NCBI GenBank assembly: GCA_025465035.1
Contig: JAODMH010000042.1
Span: forward strand, 149 to 64,148
From: Microbacteriaceae bacterium
GTDB lineage: Bacteria > Actinomycetota > Actinomycetes > Actinomycetales > Microbacteriaceae
Direction of reading: 5' to 3'
DNA: 64,000 bases
Made by a program: the position numbers and the translations under genes. Numbering within the stretch: the stretch's first letter is position 1; each line of letters begins with the position of its first letter. The notes under the pieces were generated by a model, which had not been told where the DNA came from, did not search any database, and saw only the letters and a program-made list of their open reading frames with translations. Below are positions 28,729-37,942 of the stretch, piece after piece.

Positions 28729-29574
28729 ATGGCCACTTCATCTGACGGATACGCCGCCGACTTCCTGCCGATCGACGTCGCCCTGCCCGTGCCCGCCGCG
28801 ACGAAGGTCGTACGCGAGCTGACCTACACGCACTTCACGGTGCTGCTGGACCCGGATCGCCGCTTCGCCGTCTCGACGGGAGTGAACATCGACGGCGCAT
28901 CGCCGCTCGACATCGACCGCACCGACGACTGGCATCTTGACCCGCGCGTGCCAGCCACGGAACAAGCAGGCGAAGGCATCTACCGGTCGAATGATCTCGA
29001 CCGCGGTCACCTCGTGCGGCGCCGCGACCCGGTCTGGGGCGATAGGGCGACCGCTGCGAAGGCCAATGAGCAGACCTTCGTGTACACGAACGCGGCACCG
29101 CAGGCCGGGGACTTCAACCAGGGCAAGGAGCTCTGGTCTGGGCTTGAAGACTTCGTACTCGCCTACTCCCGCGCCTACCGGCAACGCATCAGCGTGTTTA
29201 CGGCGCCGGTGCTCACTGCGGATGACCCGCCATATCGCGGCATCCTGATCCCCCGGCAGTTCTGGAAGATCGCGGCGTGGACCACGGAGAACGACAGTGT
29301 GCTCGCCGCGAGCGGCTACGTGCTCGACCAGACGCCCCAGCTCGACGACATCGACCTTGCTGGGGTGCGGGCCACCGCCGGCGATCCACCGCCGCTCGGC
29401 CCGTACCGCACCTACCAGGCGCCGATCTCGGATATCGCTGGGCTCACCGACCTCGAACTCGAACAGCTCGTCGCCGCGGACAGGTTCGCGACGGGGACGG
29501 CTCCCCACGGCATCACGGATGGCGACCACCCCGCCTGGATCCGGCTTCGGGGACGCGGCGACCTCATCCTGTGA
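28729..29574 (+). CDS. DNA/RNA non-specific endonuclease (NucA/EndoG-like)
   Basis: DRGHLVRR, TFVYTNAAPQ, FNQ..WSGLED and IPRQFWKI motifs. Confidence 0.9.
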   Translation: MATSSDGYAADFLPIDVALPVPAATKVVRELTYTHFTVLLDPDRRFAVSTGVNIDGASPLDIDRTDDWHLDPRVPATEQAGEGIYRSNDLDRGHLVRRRDPVWGDRATAAKANEQTFVYTNAAPQAGDFNQGKELWSGLEDFVLAYSRAYRQRISVFTAPVLTADDPPYRGILIPRQFWKIAAWTTENDSVLAASGYVLDQTPQLDDIDLAGVRATAGDPPPLGPYRTYQAPISDIAGLTDLELEQLVAADRFATGTAPHGITDGDHPAWIRLRGRGDLIL

Positions 29575-29607
29575 CCGCACTTCACAACCCGGGCGGCACT
29601 ATTCCGC

Positions 29608-29670
29608 TCGCGAAAGTCGCCATGTGGCCCTCGTCAGCTGCACGCAAGGGCAATTTGGCGACTTTCGAGA
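29608..29670. repeat. 15-bp inverted repeat between convergent nuclease and lgt genes (REP-like or bidirectional terminator)
   Basis: TCGCGAAAGTCGCCA ... TGGCGACTTTCGAGA, 14 of 15 paired. Confidence 0.6.
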
Positions 29671-29671
29671 C

Positions 29672-30607
29672 TCAGTCGACCCGGGTCTCCTCGACGGCAG
29701 TCGGCTCAGTGGCATCGACCGGGTCGTCCGACTTCGGCGACTTCGCGGTGACGCGCGGACCTCGCCCCTCAACGTAGACGGACGGCTCGAGACCGGGATG
29801 GCGACGGCCCTGCACGACGATGAGCACCACGCCGAGGATGATGGCGACGAACGATGCCCAGATGTTGGCCGGGATTCCGAGGAAGCCGTCGCTCGTCGGG
29901 TCGATGCGAATGGCCTCCAGCCAGCTCCGGCCGAGACCGTACCAGACGAGGTAGACACCGAAGACGCGGCCCCACTGGAGCCTGAACCTGCGCGCGACCA
30001 GGAGCACGATGGCGACGCCGATCAGGTTCCAGATGATCTCGTAGAGGAACAGCGGGTGGAAGAGCGTCCCGGCCGGGAGTCCGGCCGGGAACTTCGGGTT
30101 GGACGCCTCGATCTGCAAGCCCCACGGCAGGGTGGTCGGCAGGCCGAAGAGTTCGTGGTTGAACCAGTTACCGAGGCGCCCGATCGACTGGGCGACGAGC
30201 ATGGCCGGCGCGAGGGCATCCGCAAAACTCCAGAATCGGATGCCCGCGACGCGGCATCCGATGAACGCACCGAGCGCGCCACCCAACAGCGATCCGTAGA
30301 GGGCGTTGCCACCGTCCCAGATCGCGAAGACGTTCCAGAGGTTGGCGCCCTTGTAGAAGTAGTCGCCGACGTGAGTGAACACGTGGTAGAAACGCGCCCC
30401 GACGATGCCGAGCGGAACGGCCCACAGGATGATGTCGAGCACGATCCCGGATTCGGCTCCGCGGTTGCTCAGCCGCCGCTGCGTGATGATGACCGCGGCG
30501 ACGATTCCGACCAGGATGCAGATGGCATAGGTGTGGATGACGAGCGGACCGATGTGGAACTGCGCGAGCGCCGGGTCCGGGCTGGGAATGCTCAAAGGGA
30601 TGCGCAC
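29672..30607 (-). CDS. lgt: Prolipoprotein diacylglyceryl transferase
   Basis: LSIPSP, GIVGARFYHV, AIWDGG, QSIGRLGNWFNHELFG, HPLFLYE. Confidence 0.92.
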   Translation of the reverse strand: MRIPLSIPSPDPALAQFHIGPLVIHTYAICILVGIVAAVIITQRRLSNRGAESGIVLDIILWAVPLGIVGARFYHVFTHVGDYFYKGANLWNVFAIWDGGNALYGSLLGGALGAFIGCRVAGIRFWSFADALAPAMLVAQSIGRLGNWFNHELFGLPTTLPWGLQIEASNPKFPAGLPAGTLFHPLFLYEIIWNLIGVAIVLLVARRFRLQWGRVFGVYLVWYGLGRSWLEAIRIDPTSDGFLGIPANIWASFVAIILGVVLIVVQGRRHPGLEPSVYVEGRGPRVTAKSPKSDDPVDATEPTAVEETRVD

Positions 30608-30642
30608 CGAATATCGTCCTTACGTTGTATTACCGACCGTAC

Positions 30643-30897
30643 TCAGGCGGGCTGGGAGCTGCCATCCGACGTAATGCCGAGCGCGCTCTTGATGCGGTCC
30701 TCGTCCGCGTCGTCCGCCCGAGCGGCCGCCACGTTCGCCTCGGTCACCGCCCGCAGGACCTCTTCGCGCTGGATCTTCACGCCCTTCGGCGCGTCGATGC
30801 CGATGCGGACGCCATCGCCGCGCGCGTCGAGGATGGTGACGACGATATCGTCACCGATGACGATCCGCTCCCCCGCCTTGCGTGTCAGCACCAGCAT
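30643..30897 (-). CDS. csrA: Carbon storage regulator CsrA (RNA-binding translational repressor) with C-terminal extension
   Basis: MLVLTRKAGERIVIGDDI...VRIGIDAPKGVKIQREEV. Confidence 0.96.
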   Translation of the reverse strand: MLVLTRKAGERIVIGDDIVVTILDARGDGVRIGIDAPKGVKIQREEVLRAVTEANVAAARADDADEDRIKSALGITSDGSSQPA

Positions 30898-30901
30898 CAG
30901 A

Positions 30902-31762
30902 TCAGCCTATCGAACCGCTTTCCAACCAGCCGACCTGGAGACCCAGTTCGTGCACGGTTTTCGGCGTTGTAGTGGAATTGCTACCGATGACGGCGACGGC
31001 ATCGACGTGCACGGCGACCTGGACGGCCTTCACCCAACGCGCCGTGTCCTCCGGCTTGCGGCCGGCATCCACGGCGACCCAGACCTGATCGGCCTGCAAG
31101 AAATGGAGGGCGAAAACCGAGTCATCGTCGAGTCCGGAGCGCGGAATCCCCAGCGCCACGAAGACACTGTGGTCCTCACGCACCCCCGCCGCGCGGGCCG
31201 CGAGAGCGCTACGGCGATCGCTCACCCGGAAGAGGCTGTCGTCGGCGATGGTTCCCACGACGCTGAGCGAGCGCGTACCCGCGGCGGCCGACATCTCCCG
31301 CGCTACCTCGAGCGCGTCGTTGCCCAGACCGATCACGGCCACCAGGTCACCCGCCCCGGAGAGCGGCGCCTGCCGGAACACCGTTGGGCCATCCAGCGCC
31401 GGAACGATCTGGGCGGTGTTATAGGTGAGGTCGGCCATGATCGCGTCGAAGTCGACCGAGTTCGTCGAGAGCCTGGGGATGGCGTCGACCAGATGCGCGC
31501 GGGCCTCCTCGGAGTCCGCACCCTCCAGCAGTTGCGCGATTCCGGCCCGTGCCGGGAGGTCGAAATTGTGGGCGTCGCGAGCCGTGCCATCCGGAACGTC
31601 CACCTCGACCTCATAACGGCGGTGCGCGAAGAAGCCCTGGATACCACCGCTGGTCACCGCTTTGATCGCGACGACCTTGGGGTGCGGACCGTGCTCCGCC
31701 AGGATCCTGGCGTTCAGTTCGTCGAGGGAATGGCCCTCAAGCTGAAATCGATTCGGCGACAC
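30902..31762 (-). CDS. FlhF-like protein with degenerate GTPase domain
   Basis: Directly after flhA; N-terminus resembles FlhF (GGIQGFF..RRYEVEV); no GxxGxGKT P-loop. Confidence 0.6.
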   Translation of the reverse strand: MSPNRFQLEGHSLDELNARILAEHGPHPKVVAIKAVTSGGIQGFFAHRRYEVEVDVPDGTARDAHNFDLPARAGIAQLLEGADSEEARAHLVDAIPRLSTNSVDFDAIMADLTYNTAQIVPALDGPTVFRQAPLSGAGDLVAVIGLGNDALEVAREMSAAAGTRSLSVVGTIADDSLFRVSDRRSALAARAAGVREDHSVFVALGIPRSGLDDDSVFALHFLQADQVWVAVDAGRKPEDTARWVKAVQVAVHVDAVAVIGSNSTTTPKTVHELGLQVGWLESGSIG

Positions 31763-33788
31763 GCACCACTCCAACGGTCTCGATGTTCACGTTGGCCGAG
31801 GTGACCTCCTGATAGGAGAGCACCGGGAGCCCGCCGGACTGGGCGGAGACGAGACGACGGATGGCGGGCCGAAGCGCCGGCGCACAGACCAGAACCGCGG
31901 ACTGCCCTGTCGCCTCCACCCGGGAGACGGCGTCGCGCACCGAGGTCAGCACGGCGTCGAGGTTGTCCTGGTCCATGAGGATCTGCGTACCCAGCTCCGA
32001 CGGTCGCAATCCCTCGAGCATCGACTGCTCGAGCAGCGGGTCGATCATGATCACGCGCAGCGTCTGCTCATCGAGGTAGCGCGCGGTGAGCGCCGGACCG
32101 AGCGCCAGTCGGGCGGACTCGATGAGCCCCTCCGGCTCGGTGGAGGCCTTGGCCCGCAGCGACAGCGCCTCGTAGATGCGGGGGAGGTCGTTGATGGGGA
32201 TCTGCTCGACGAGGAGGCCCTGCAAAACCCTTTGCACCTCGGCGAGCGTCAGCAGGTTCGGCACGAGTTCTTCGACGGCGGAGGGGTTGACCTGCTTGAC
32301 ACCCTCGGTGAGCACGCGCACGTCCTCACGCGTGAGCAACCGCGCGGCATTGCTGGTGATGATCGCCGAGAGGTGAGTCACGACCACGGAGACCCTGTCG
32401 ATCACCGTCGCCCCGGCAATCTCGGCGCTGTGGCGCATCTCGCTCGGCACCCACTTCCCGGCGAGGCCGAAGACCGGCTCGATCGTGATGTCACCGGGCA
32501 GTGAGTCGAGGGCGTCGCCGAGAGCAAGCACCTTGCCGGCGGGGGCGACTCCGCGGCCCACCTCGACGCCGGCGATGCGGATGACGTAGGTGGATGATGG
32601 CAGCTCCACGCTGTCCCTTGTCCGCACCGGGGGTACGACGATGCCGAGTTCCATGGCAATCTTGCGGCGCAGAGCACGCACCCGCGCGAGCAGGTCGTCA
32701 GAGGCGTCGGAGACGATGTCCACCAGGTCGGGCGCGAGCAGTATCTCGAGGGCGTGTACGCGCATCTGCTCCATGAGGTGCTCGGTAGTGAGCGTCGTGT
32801 CGTCCGAACCGACGGATGCCGCTTCCGCCGTCTGCTTGCCGGCCGCGGCCGCGCGCGCCCTGATGCGCTGGGCGATGACCAGCAGTGCCGCGCCGACGGC
32901 CACGAACGGGATGATCGGCATACCGGGGATGAACGCCATGAGGATCGCGGCGCAGCCGGCGATGATGAGGGCATTGCGCGACTGGGTGAGCTGGGCGGAC
33001 GCCGTCGTGCCCATGTCGGCTTCGGCGTTCGACCTGGTCACGATCATGCCGGTGGAGACCGCCATGAGCAGTGCGGGAATCTGGCTGACGAGCCCGTCGC
33101 CGATGGTCAGCAGTGTGTACTTACTCACCGCGTCGCCGATCGAGAGGCCGTTTTGGATCATGCCGATGGCGATGCCGCCCACGATGTTGATGAGGATGAT
33201 CACGATGCCCGCAATGGCATCCCCCTTGACGAACTTGGACGCGCCGTCCATCGCGCCGTAGAAGTCCGCCTCCGCAGAGACCTCCGCCCGCCGCTCGCGG
33301 GCCTGGATGTCGGTGATGAGACCGGCATTGAGGTCGGCGTCGATCGCCATCTGCTTTCCGGGCATCGCGTCGAGGGTGAAGCGGGCGCCGACCTCGGCGA
33401 CACGCTCGGCGCCCTTCGTGACGACGACGAACTGGATGACCACGAGGATCAGGAAGATCACGGCGCCGATGATGATGGAGCCACCGACCGCGACATGGCC
33501 GAAGGCCGCAATGACATCTCCGGCGTACCCCTGGCCGAGCACGAGCCTCGTGGAGGCGACATTGAGCCCGAGCCTGAACAGCGTCGCCACGAGCAGAAGG
33601 GACGGGAAGACGGAGAAGTCGAGCGGCTTCTTGACGAACATGGTGGTGAGGAGCACGACCAGCGCGAGCAGGATGTTGATGATGATCAGCACATCGAGCA
33701 CGAACGCCGGGACCGGCACCACGAGCAGCAGCACGATTCCGACGACGCCGACCGGAACGGCCAGCTTCGAGAAATTGCGGTTCTTCAT
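31737..33788 (-). CDS. flhA: Flagellar export gate protein FlhA
   Basis: DFSVFPSLLL, RVAEVGARFTLDAMPGKQMAIDADL, DFYGAMDGASKFVKGDA. Confidence 0.97.
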   Translation of the reverse strand: MKNRNFSKLAVPVGVVGIVLLLVVPVPAFVLDVLIIINILLALVVLLTTMFVKKPLDFSVFPSLLLVATLFRLGLNVASTRLVLGQGYAGDVIAAFGHVAVGGSIIIGAVIFLILVVIQFVVVTKGAERVAEVGARFTLDAMPGKQMAIDADLNAGLITDIQARERRAEVSAEADFYGAMDGASKFVKGDAIAGIVIILINIVGGIAIGMIQNGLSIGDAVSKYTLLTIGDGLVSQIPALLMAVSTGMIVTRSNAEADMGTTASAQLTQSRNALIIAGCAAILMAFIPGMPIIPFVAVGAALLVIAQRIRARAAAAGKQTAEAASVGSDDTTLTTEHLMEQMRVHALEILLAPDLVDIVSDASDDLLARVRALRRKIAMELGIVVPPVRTRDSVELPSSTYVIRIAGVEVGRGVAPAGKVLALGDALDSLPGDITIEPVFGLAGKWVPSEMRHSAEIAGATVIDRVSVVVTHLSAIITSNAARLLTREDVRVLTEGVKQVNPSAVEELVPNLLTLAEVQRVLQGLLVEQIPINDLPRIYEALSLRAKASTEPEGLIESARLALGPALTARYLDEQTLRVIMIDPLLEQSMLEGLRPSELGTQILMDQDNLDAVLTSVRDAVSRVEATGQSAVLVCAPALRPAIRRLVSAQSGGLPVLSYQEVTSANVNIETVGVVRVAESISA

Positions 33789-33789
33789 C

Positions 33790-34890
33790 TCAGATACCTC
33801 CGTGGGCGGGTGTGAGTGCGGTCATGGTGTGGGTCCCCTGCGACGAGCCCCTCTTCTTGAGCGCGAGGACAAACGCGAGCACGCGTGCCACCGCGTTGTA
33901 GAGCTCGACCGGGATCTCCTGGCCGATCTCGCAGCCAGAGTGCAGCGCCCTGGCAAGCGGAATGTCTTTGACGATCGGCACGCGATCGGTCTCTGCCTGC
34001 TCGCGGATGCGCGCGGCGATGACCCCGGCACCCTTGGCGACGACGCGGGGAGCCGACTTGCCCGGCTCATATTTGAGGGCGACGGCGAAGTGGGTCGGAT
34101 TGACGAGAACGACGTCGGCGTCGACGATCGCCGCCATCATGCGGTTGCGGCTCATGGCGAGCTGACGTGACCTGCGCTGCGATTTGATGAGGGGGTCGCC
34201 CTCTGAGCTCTTGTTCTCATCCTTGACCTCTTTTTTGGTCATCCTGGTCCTGGTGCGGTTGCGGCGCATGACCACGAATACGTCGGCGGCGGCGAGGATC
34301 AGGCCGGCCGTGACCGCGGATTGCAGCAGCGCGCCCGTGCCGTCGCCGGCCGCCTTGATGAGCTCTGAGGCCGGAAGTCCGCCCGCGGTCATGAGCACCG
34401 GCATCAGGCCCTGGATGACGATGAGGAGGACGCCGGCGACGACGGCCGTCTTGAGCAGCGCCTTCACCCCCTGCCAGAGCGCCTCAATGCCGAACGTGCG
34501 CTTGACGCCGGCGAGGAGGTTGAACTGCTCGAACTTGCCGGTGAACTTCTTGAAGTGGATGCCGCCCTGGAGCGCCGCGCCGCCGAGAACCGCGATCGTG
34601 GTGACGATGAGCATCGGCAGGACGATGCCGCCGATCGACGCCAGTCCGTCCACGAGGGTCTGCACGGCGAGGGCCGGATCGGGATTCTTGGCGAGGTCAC
34701 CGATGCGGAACACCTGGGCGGAGACCGCATCCGCTCCCGAGGAGATGGTGATCGGGATCATGACGGCCGCGGCGCCGACACCGAGCCAGGCCGTGACATC
34801 CTGCGAGCGTGAAAGCTGCCCGTTGGAGCGCACCTCCCTCATGCGCTTCTCTGTGGCCTGTTCGGTCTTTTCGCCGGAATCGGCAGCCAT
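33790..34890 (-). CDS. flhB: Flagellar export protein FlhB
   Basis: EKTEQAT, MTKKEVKDENKSSEGDP, NPTHFAVAL autocleavage motif. Confidence 0.97.
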   Translation of the reverse strand: MAADSGEKTEQATEKRMREVRSNGQLSRSQDVTAWLGVGAAAVMIPITISSGADAVSAQVFRIGDLAKNPDPALAVQTLVDGLASIGGIVLPMLIVTTIAVLGGAALQGGIHFKKFTGKFEQFNLLAGVKRTFGIEALWQGVKALLKTAVVAGVLLIVIQGLMPVLMTAGGLPASELIKAAGDGTGALLQSAVTAGLILAAADVFVVMRRNRTRTRMTKKEVKDENKSSEGDPLIKSQRRSRQLAMSRNRMMAAIVDADVVLVNPTHFAVALKYEPGKSAPRVVAKGAGVIAARIREQAETDRVPIVKDIPLARALHSGCEIGQEIPVELYNAVARVLAFVLALKKRGSSQGTHTMTALTPAHGGI

Positions 34891-35648
34891 TACTTCACCC
34901 CCATCAGCACGCCAACAGCGTTGCCGGTGATCGATTCGACGATGCGCGGCATCGCGACGAACAGCACGGAACCGAGGACGAGCGTGATCAAGATCTTGAG
35001 TGGGAAGCCGAGGGCGAAGGCGTTGAGCGCGGGTGCGACCCGGGTGATCAGGCCGAGCCCCGCATCCGCGAGGAAGAGAACGACGATGAGCGGACCGGCG
35101 ATCTGCAGTGCGGCGAGGAGCATCTGCCCGACCCCGTCGGTCATGGCCTTCGCCGGAGCGGCGAGGTTCATGCCGCCGGCGAGCGGGAGTGCGGTGAAGG
35201 TGCGGGCCAGGCCGCCGATGATGAGTTGGTAGCCGCCGGAAGCGAAGAGCAGGGCGATCGCCGTCATGTGGAACAGCCGCGCGAACTGTGCGCCGTTGAT
35301 CATCGACTGCGGATCGAATGCCTGGGCGAGCTGGAACCCACCGAACAGGTCGATCAGGTTCCCCGCCGATTGGATCGCGGAGAAGACGAGCATCACGAGG
35401 AAGCCGAGCATGGCGCCGACGACCAGCTCCGTGATGAGGGAGACGACGAAACCCGCGGTGTCTGGCGAGACGTAGCCCTTCGCCACCTGCGGTGAGACGG
35501 CGAGTGCGAGGCCGATCGCGAGCATCCCCTTGATGCGCAATGGGAAGGAGTTGTGCGAGAAGGGCGGCGCGATCACGAGGAAGGCGATCATGCGCACCGA
35601 GGCCAGCAGCACGGCCTCGAGCCACGCGAAGTTCAGGGTGATTGCCAC
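34890..35648 (-). CDS. fliR: Flagellar export protein FliR
   Basis: Hydrophobic; AGNLIDLFGGF, GLITRVAPALNAFALGFP. Confidence 0.94.
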   Translation of the reverse strand: MAITLNFAWLEAVLLASVRMIAFLVIAPPFSHNSFPLRIKGMLAIGLALAVSPQVAKGYVSPDTAGFVVSLITELVVGAMLGFLVMLVFSAIQSAGNLIDLFGGFQLAQAFDPQSMINGAQFARLFHMTAIALLFASGGYQLIIGGLARTFTALPLAGGMNLAAPAKAMTDGVGQMLLAALQIAGPLIVVLFLADAGLGLITRVAPALNAFALGFPLKILITLVLGSVLFVAMPRIVESITGNAVGVLMGVK

Positions 35649-35649
35649 G

Positions 35650-35925
35650 TCAGCCCCCGTTCAGGAGCGAGGGGATCTTCTCGAACATGGCCTGCGTGAA
35701 GGAGACCATCTCGGAGATCATCCAGTGCCCGGAGACGAGCATCGCGAGGGCGACGGCGATGGCCTTGGGCACGAAGGACAGCGTCACCTCCTGGATCTGC
35801 GTGATCGACTGCAGCAGGGAGATCGCGAATCCAACGACCAGGGCGGTGACCAGGATCGGCGCGGCCAGCTTGGCCGCGATGAACAGCCCCTGCAGGCCGA
35901 TGTCGAGAACGGCGTTCGGGTTCAT
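35650..35925 (-). CDS. fliQ: Flagellar export protein FliQ
   Basis: SLLQSITQIQEVTLSFVPK. Confidence 0.96.
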   Translation of the reverse strand: MNPNAVLDIGLQGLFIAAKLAAPILVTALVVGFAISLLQSITQIQEVTLSFVPKAIAVALAMLVSGHWMISEMVSFTQAMFEKIPSLLNGG

Positions 35926-36770
35926 CAGCCCCCCTTGTAACTGGTCACGAGGGTCGTGATGATGAGCCCCCAGCCGTCGACGAGCACGAAGAGCAGAATC
36001 TTGAATGGCAGCGAGATCATCACGGGCGGGAGCATCATCATGCCCATCGACATCAGGGCGGCGGAGACGACCAGGTCGATCACGAGGAATGGCACGAAGA
36101 TCACGAAGCCGATGATGAATGCGGCGCGGAGCTCGGAGACCATGAAGGCCGGGATCACCGTCAGCAGTGAGACCGACTCCAGGTCCTTCGGGTTGGGCTG
36201 CCCAGCCGCCCTGGTCATGAGCGCCAGATCCTCTTGGCGGGTGTGGGCGAGCATGAAATGCCTGAGCGGTCCAGAACCCGCGGTGAGAGCATCCGTGAAG
36301 TTCATCTGTCCGTTGAGGTACGGCTGCACGGCGTGCGTGTTGATGTCACCGAGCACCGGAGCCATGATGAACAGCGAGAGGAAGAGCGCCAGGCCGGCGA
36401 TCACCTGGTTGGGCGGGATCGACTGGAGACCGAGAGCATTGCGGGCCATCGCGAGCACCACGAAGATCTTGGTGAACGACGTCATCATGAGCAGTAACGC
36501 CGGCGCCACGGACAGCAGCGTGATCCCGATGAGGGTGACGATGGATGACGACGGCGCACCGTCAGGACCGTTGATATTCACCGACAGGCCGCCGGTGCCG
36601 TCGGGGGACAACGGATTCGTGGGCGGAGTCGGGGCCGGAACGACGGGAGCTGCATGTCCGGCACTCGCGCTGACGAGCGCGAGTGCCACGGCGGTCACCA
36701 GCGCGAGGAGCACGATCACCGCGATGCGGGGAAGTCTCCCCGACATCCAGTCACGTCTCGCGAGTTTCAT
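35925..36770 (-). CDS. fliP: Flagellar export protein FliP
   Basis: MTSFTKI, PPNQV, PAFMVSELRAAF, GMMMLPPVMISLPFKILLFVLVDGW. Confidence 0.97.
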   Translation of the reverse strand: MKLARRDWMSGRLPRIAVIVLLALVTAVALALVSASAGHAAPVVPAPTPPTNPLSPDGTGGLSVNINGPDGAPSSSIVTLIGITLLSVAPALLLMMTSFTKIFVVLAMARNALGLQSIPPNQVIAGLALFLSLFIMAPVLGDINTHAVQPYLNGQMNFTDALTAGSGPLRHFMLAHTRQEDLALMTRAAGQPNPKDLESVSLLTVIPAFMVSELRAAFIIGFVIFVPFLVIDLVVSAALMSMGMMMLPPVMISLPFKILLFVLVDGWGLIITTLVTSYKGG

Positions 36771-37237
36771 CGGCCGTTGCGCAGCGCCGCAGCCGCACGC
36801 TTCCAGGTGGCGGCCGAGAAGATGGAGCCGTCGAAGGCACCGCTGCGCGGTTGGCCGGTCTTCGGGTCGAAGCTCGTGAAGACGGGGGCCTTCATGGAGA
36901 TGGGGGCCTTCGTGGAGGCCATGATGGTGCCGAAGGCGGCGGCCGAGTCCACCTGCGCCACGACGGGAACCTCGGCCGACTCTGCCGCCGGCAACTCGGT
37001 CGTGTTCAGCACGGTCACCGAATGCTCGGTCACGCCGAGGAGAAAGCGCTGACCTTCGACATCGACGACCACGACCGATGCCTTCTGTGCGATCCCCTGG
37101 CGGGAGACCACCCTGACGAGTTTCGTCGCGCGTGTCGACTTGGCACCCTTCGTGACGCGCCGCTGCACCACCCAGAGCAGGCCGACCACGGCGGCCAGGG
37201 AGAGGATTACGCGCAGCGCGACAAAGAAGGAATCCAC
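36767..37237 (-). CDS. fliO: Flagellar biogenesis protein FliO
   Basis: N-terminal TM, VVVVDVEGQRFLLGVT; between fliN and fliP. Confidence 0.88.
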   Translation of the reverse strand: MDSFFVALRVILSLAAVVGLLWVVQRRVTKGAKSTRATKLVRVVSRQGIAQKASVVVVDVEGQRFLLGVTEHSVTVLNTTELPAAESAEVPVVAQVDSAAAFGTIMASTKAPISMKAPVFTSFDPKTGQPRSGAFDGSIFSAATWKRAAAALRNGR

Positions 37238-37942
37238 TTAGCCGATGCCCTCGGCGACATCGAGGATCTTGGTGATCCGCACCGCATAATCCTGGTCGAT
37301 CACGACGATCTCGCCGTGCGCGATCAGCCTGCCGTTGAGCAGCACGTCGGCGGGGGCACCGGCGGAGCGGTCGAGCTCGATGACAGCTCCCGGTTCGAGG
37401 GCCAGCACGTCGCGCACCGACATCCGGGTTCGTCCGATCTCCACCGTGAGGGCCATTTCGACGCTATTGATGCGCCCGAGCTTGCCGATCATCGATTCCT
37501 CCGAGATCGGGCGGGCGCCAGTGACGACACCGTTCTGCCGCACGCGGATGGCGAACCACCCCGTCGCGACTCCGGCGGCCGAGAGCGTGAACACCTCGGT
37601 GTCGTCGGCGGCGAAGAGCGCGGTCGCGTCGTCGCTCCTGGCGTCCCCGAGAACGCCGGTGCCGAGCTCGAGCGCCGCAGACTCGAGAGCGGGGCGTAAC
37701 ACGTCGACGATGGAGACGAGTGCCGAATCGGTTCCGGATGCCACGGCGAGCGCCGCAGAATCGACCAGGACCACGGCGAGATCGGCCGACACCTCGCCGA
37801 CGAACGATGCGACGATCGCGGATTTCGCGACGACCGAGCCACCGTCGAAGGCGGCGGCGGTGACTTCGGCCGTGCTCGGCAACAGTTTCGCCAGGGCCTG
37901 GGCGGCGGCGGTACGCGGGTCCAGAACGGTGCTCTTCTTCAC
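37238..37942 (-). CDS. fliN: Flagellar motor switch protein FliN (N-terminally extended)
   Basis: LTVEIGRTRMSVRDVLAL..G.VIELDR.AG.PADVLLNGRLIAHGEIVV. Confidence 0.93.
   Translation of the reverse strand: MKKSTVLDPRTAAAQALAKLLPSTAEVTAAAFDGGSVVAKSAIVASFVGEVSADLAVVLVDSAALAVASGTDSALVSIVDVLRPALESAALELGTGVLGDARSDDATALFAADDTEVFTLSAAGVATGWFAIRVRQNGVVTGARPISEESMIGKLGRINSVEMALTVEIGRTRMSVRDVLALEPGAVIELDRSAGAPADVLLNGRLIAHGEIVVIDQDYAVRITKILDVAEGIG

Noticed and set aside
30900-30940. Possible fifth sigma28 promoter (TCGATAG) upstream of csrA
   Set aside because: Lies in coding sequence and has no TWAC -35 at the 15-nt spacing.
29297-31804. 835-aa plus-strand ORF
   Set aside because: Antisense to lgt, csrA and the flhF-like gene; no coherent domain.
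34891-35625. Apparent N-terminal extension of FlhB (611-aa ORF in the track)
   Set aside because: Out-of-frame overlap with fliR; the real FlhB starts at ATG 34890 (TAATG coupling).
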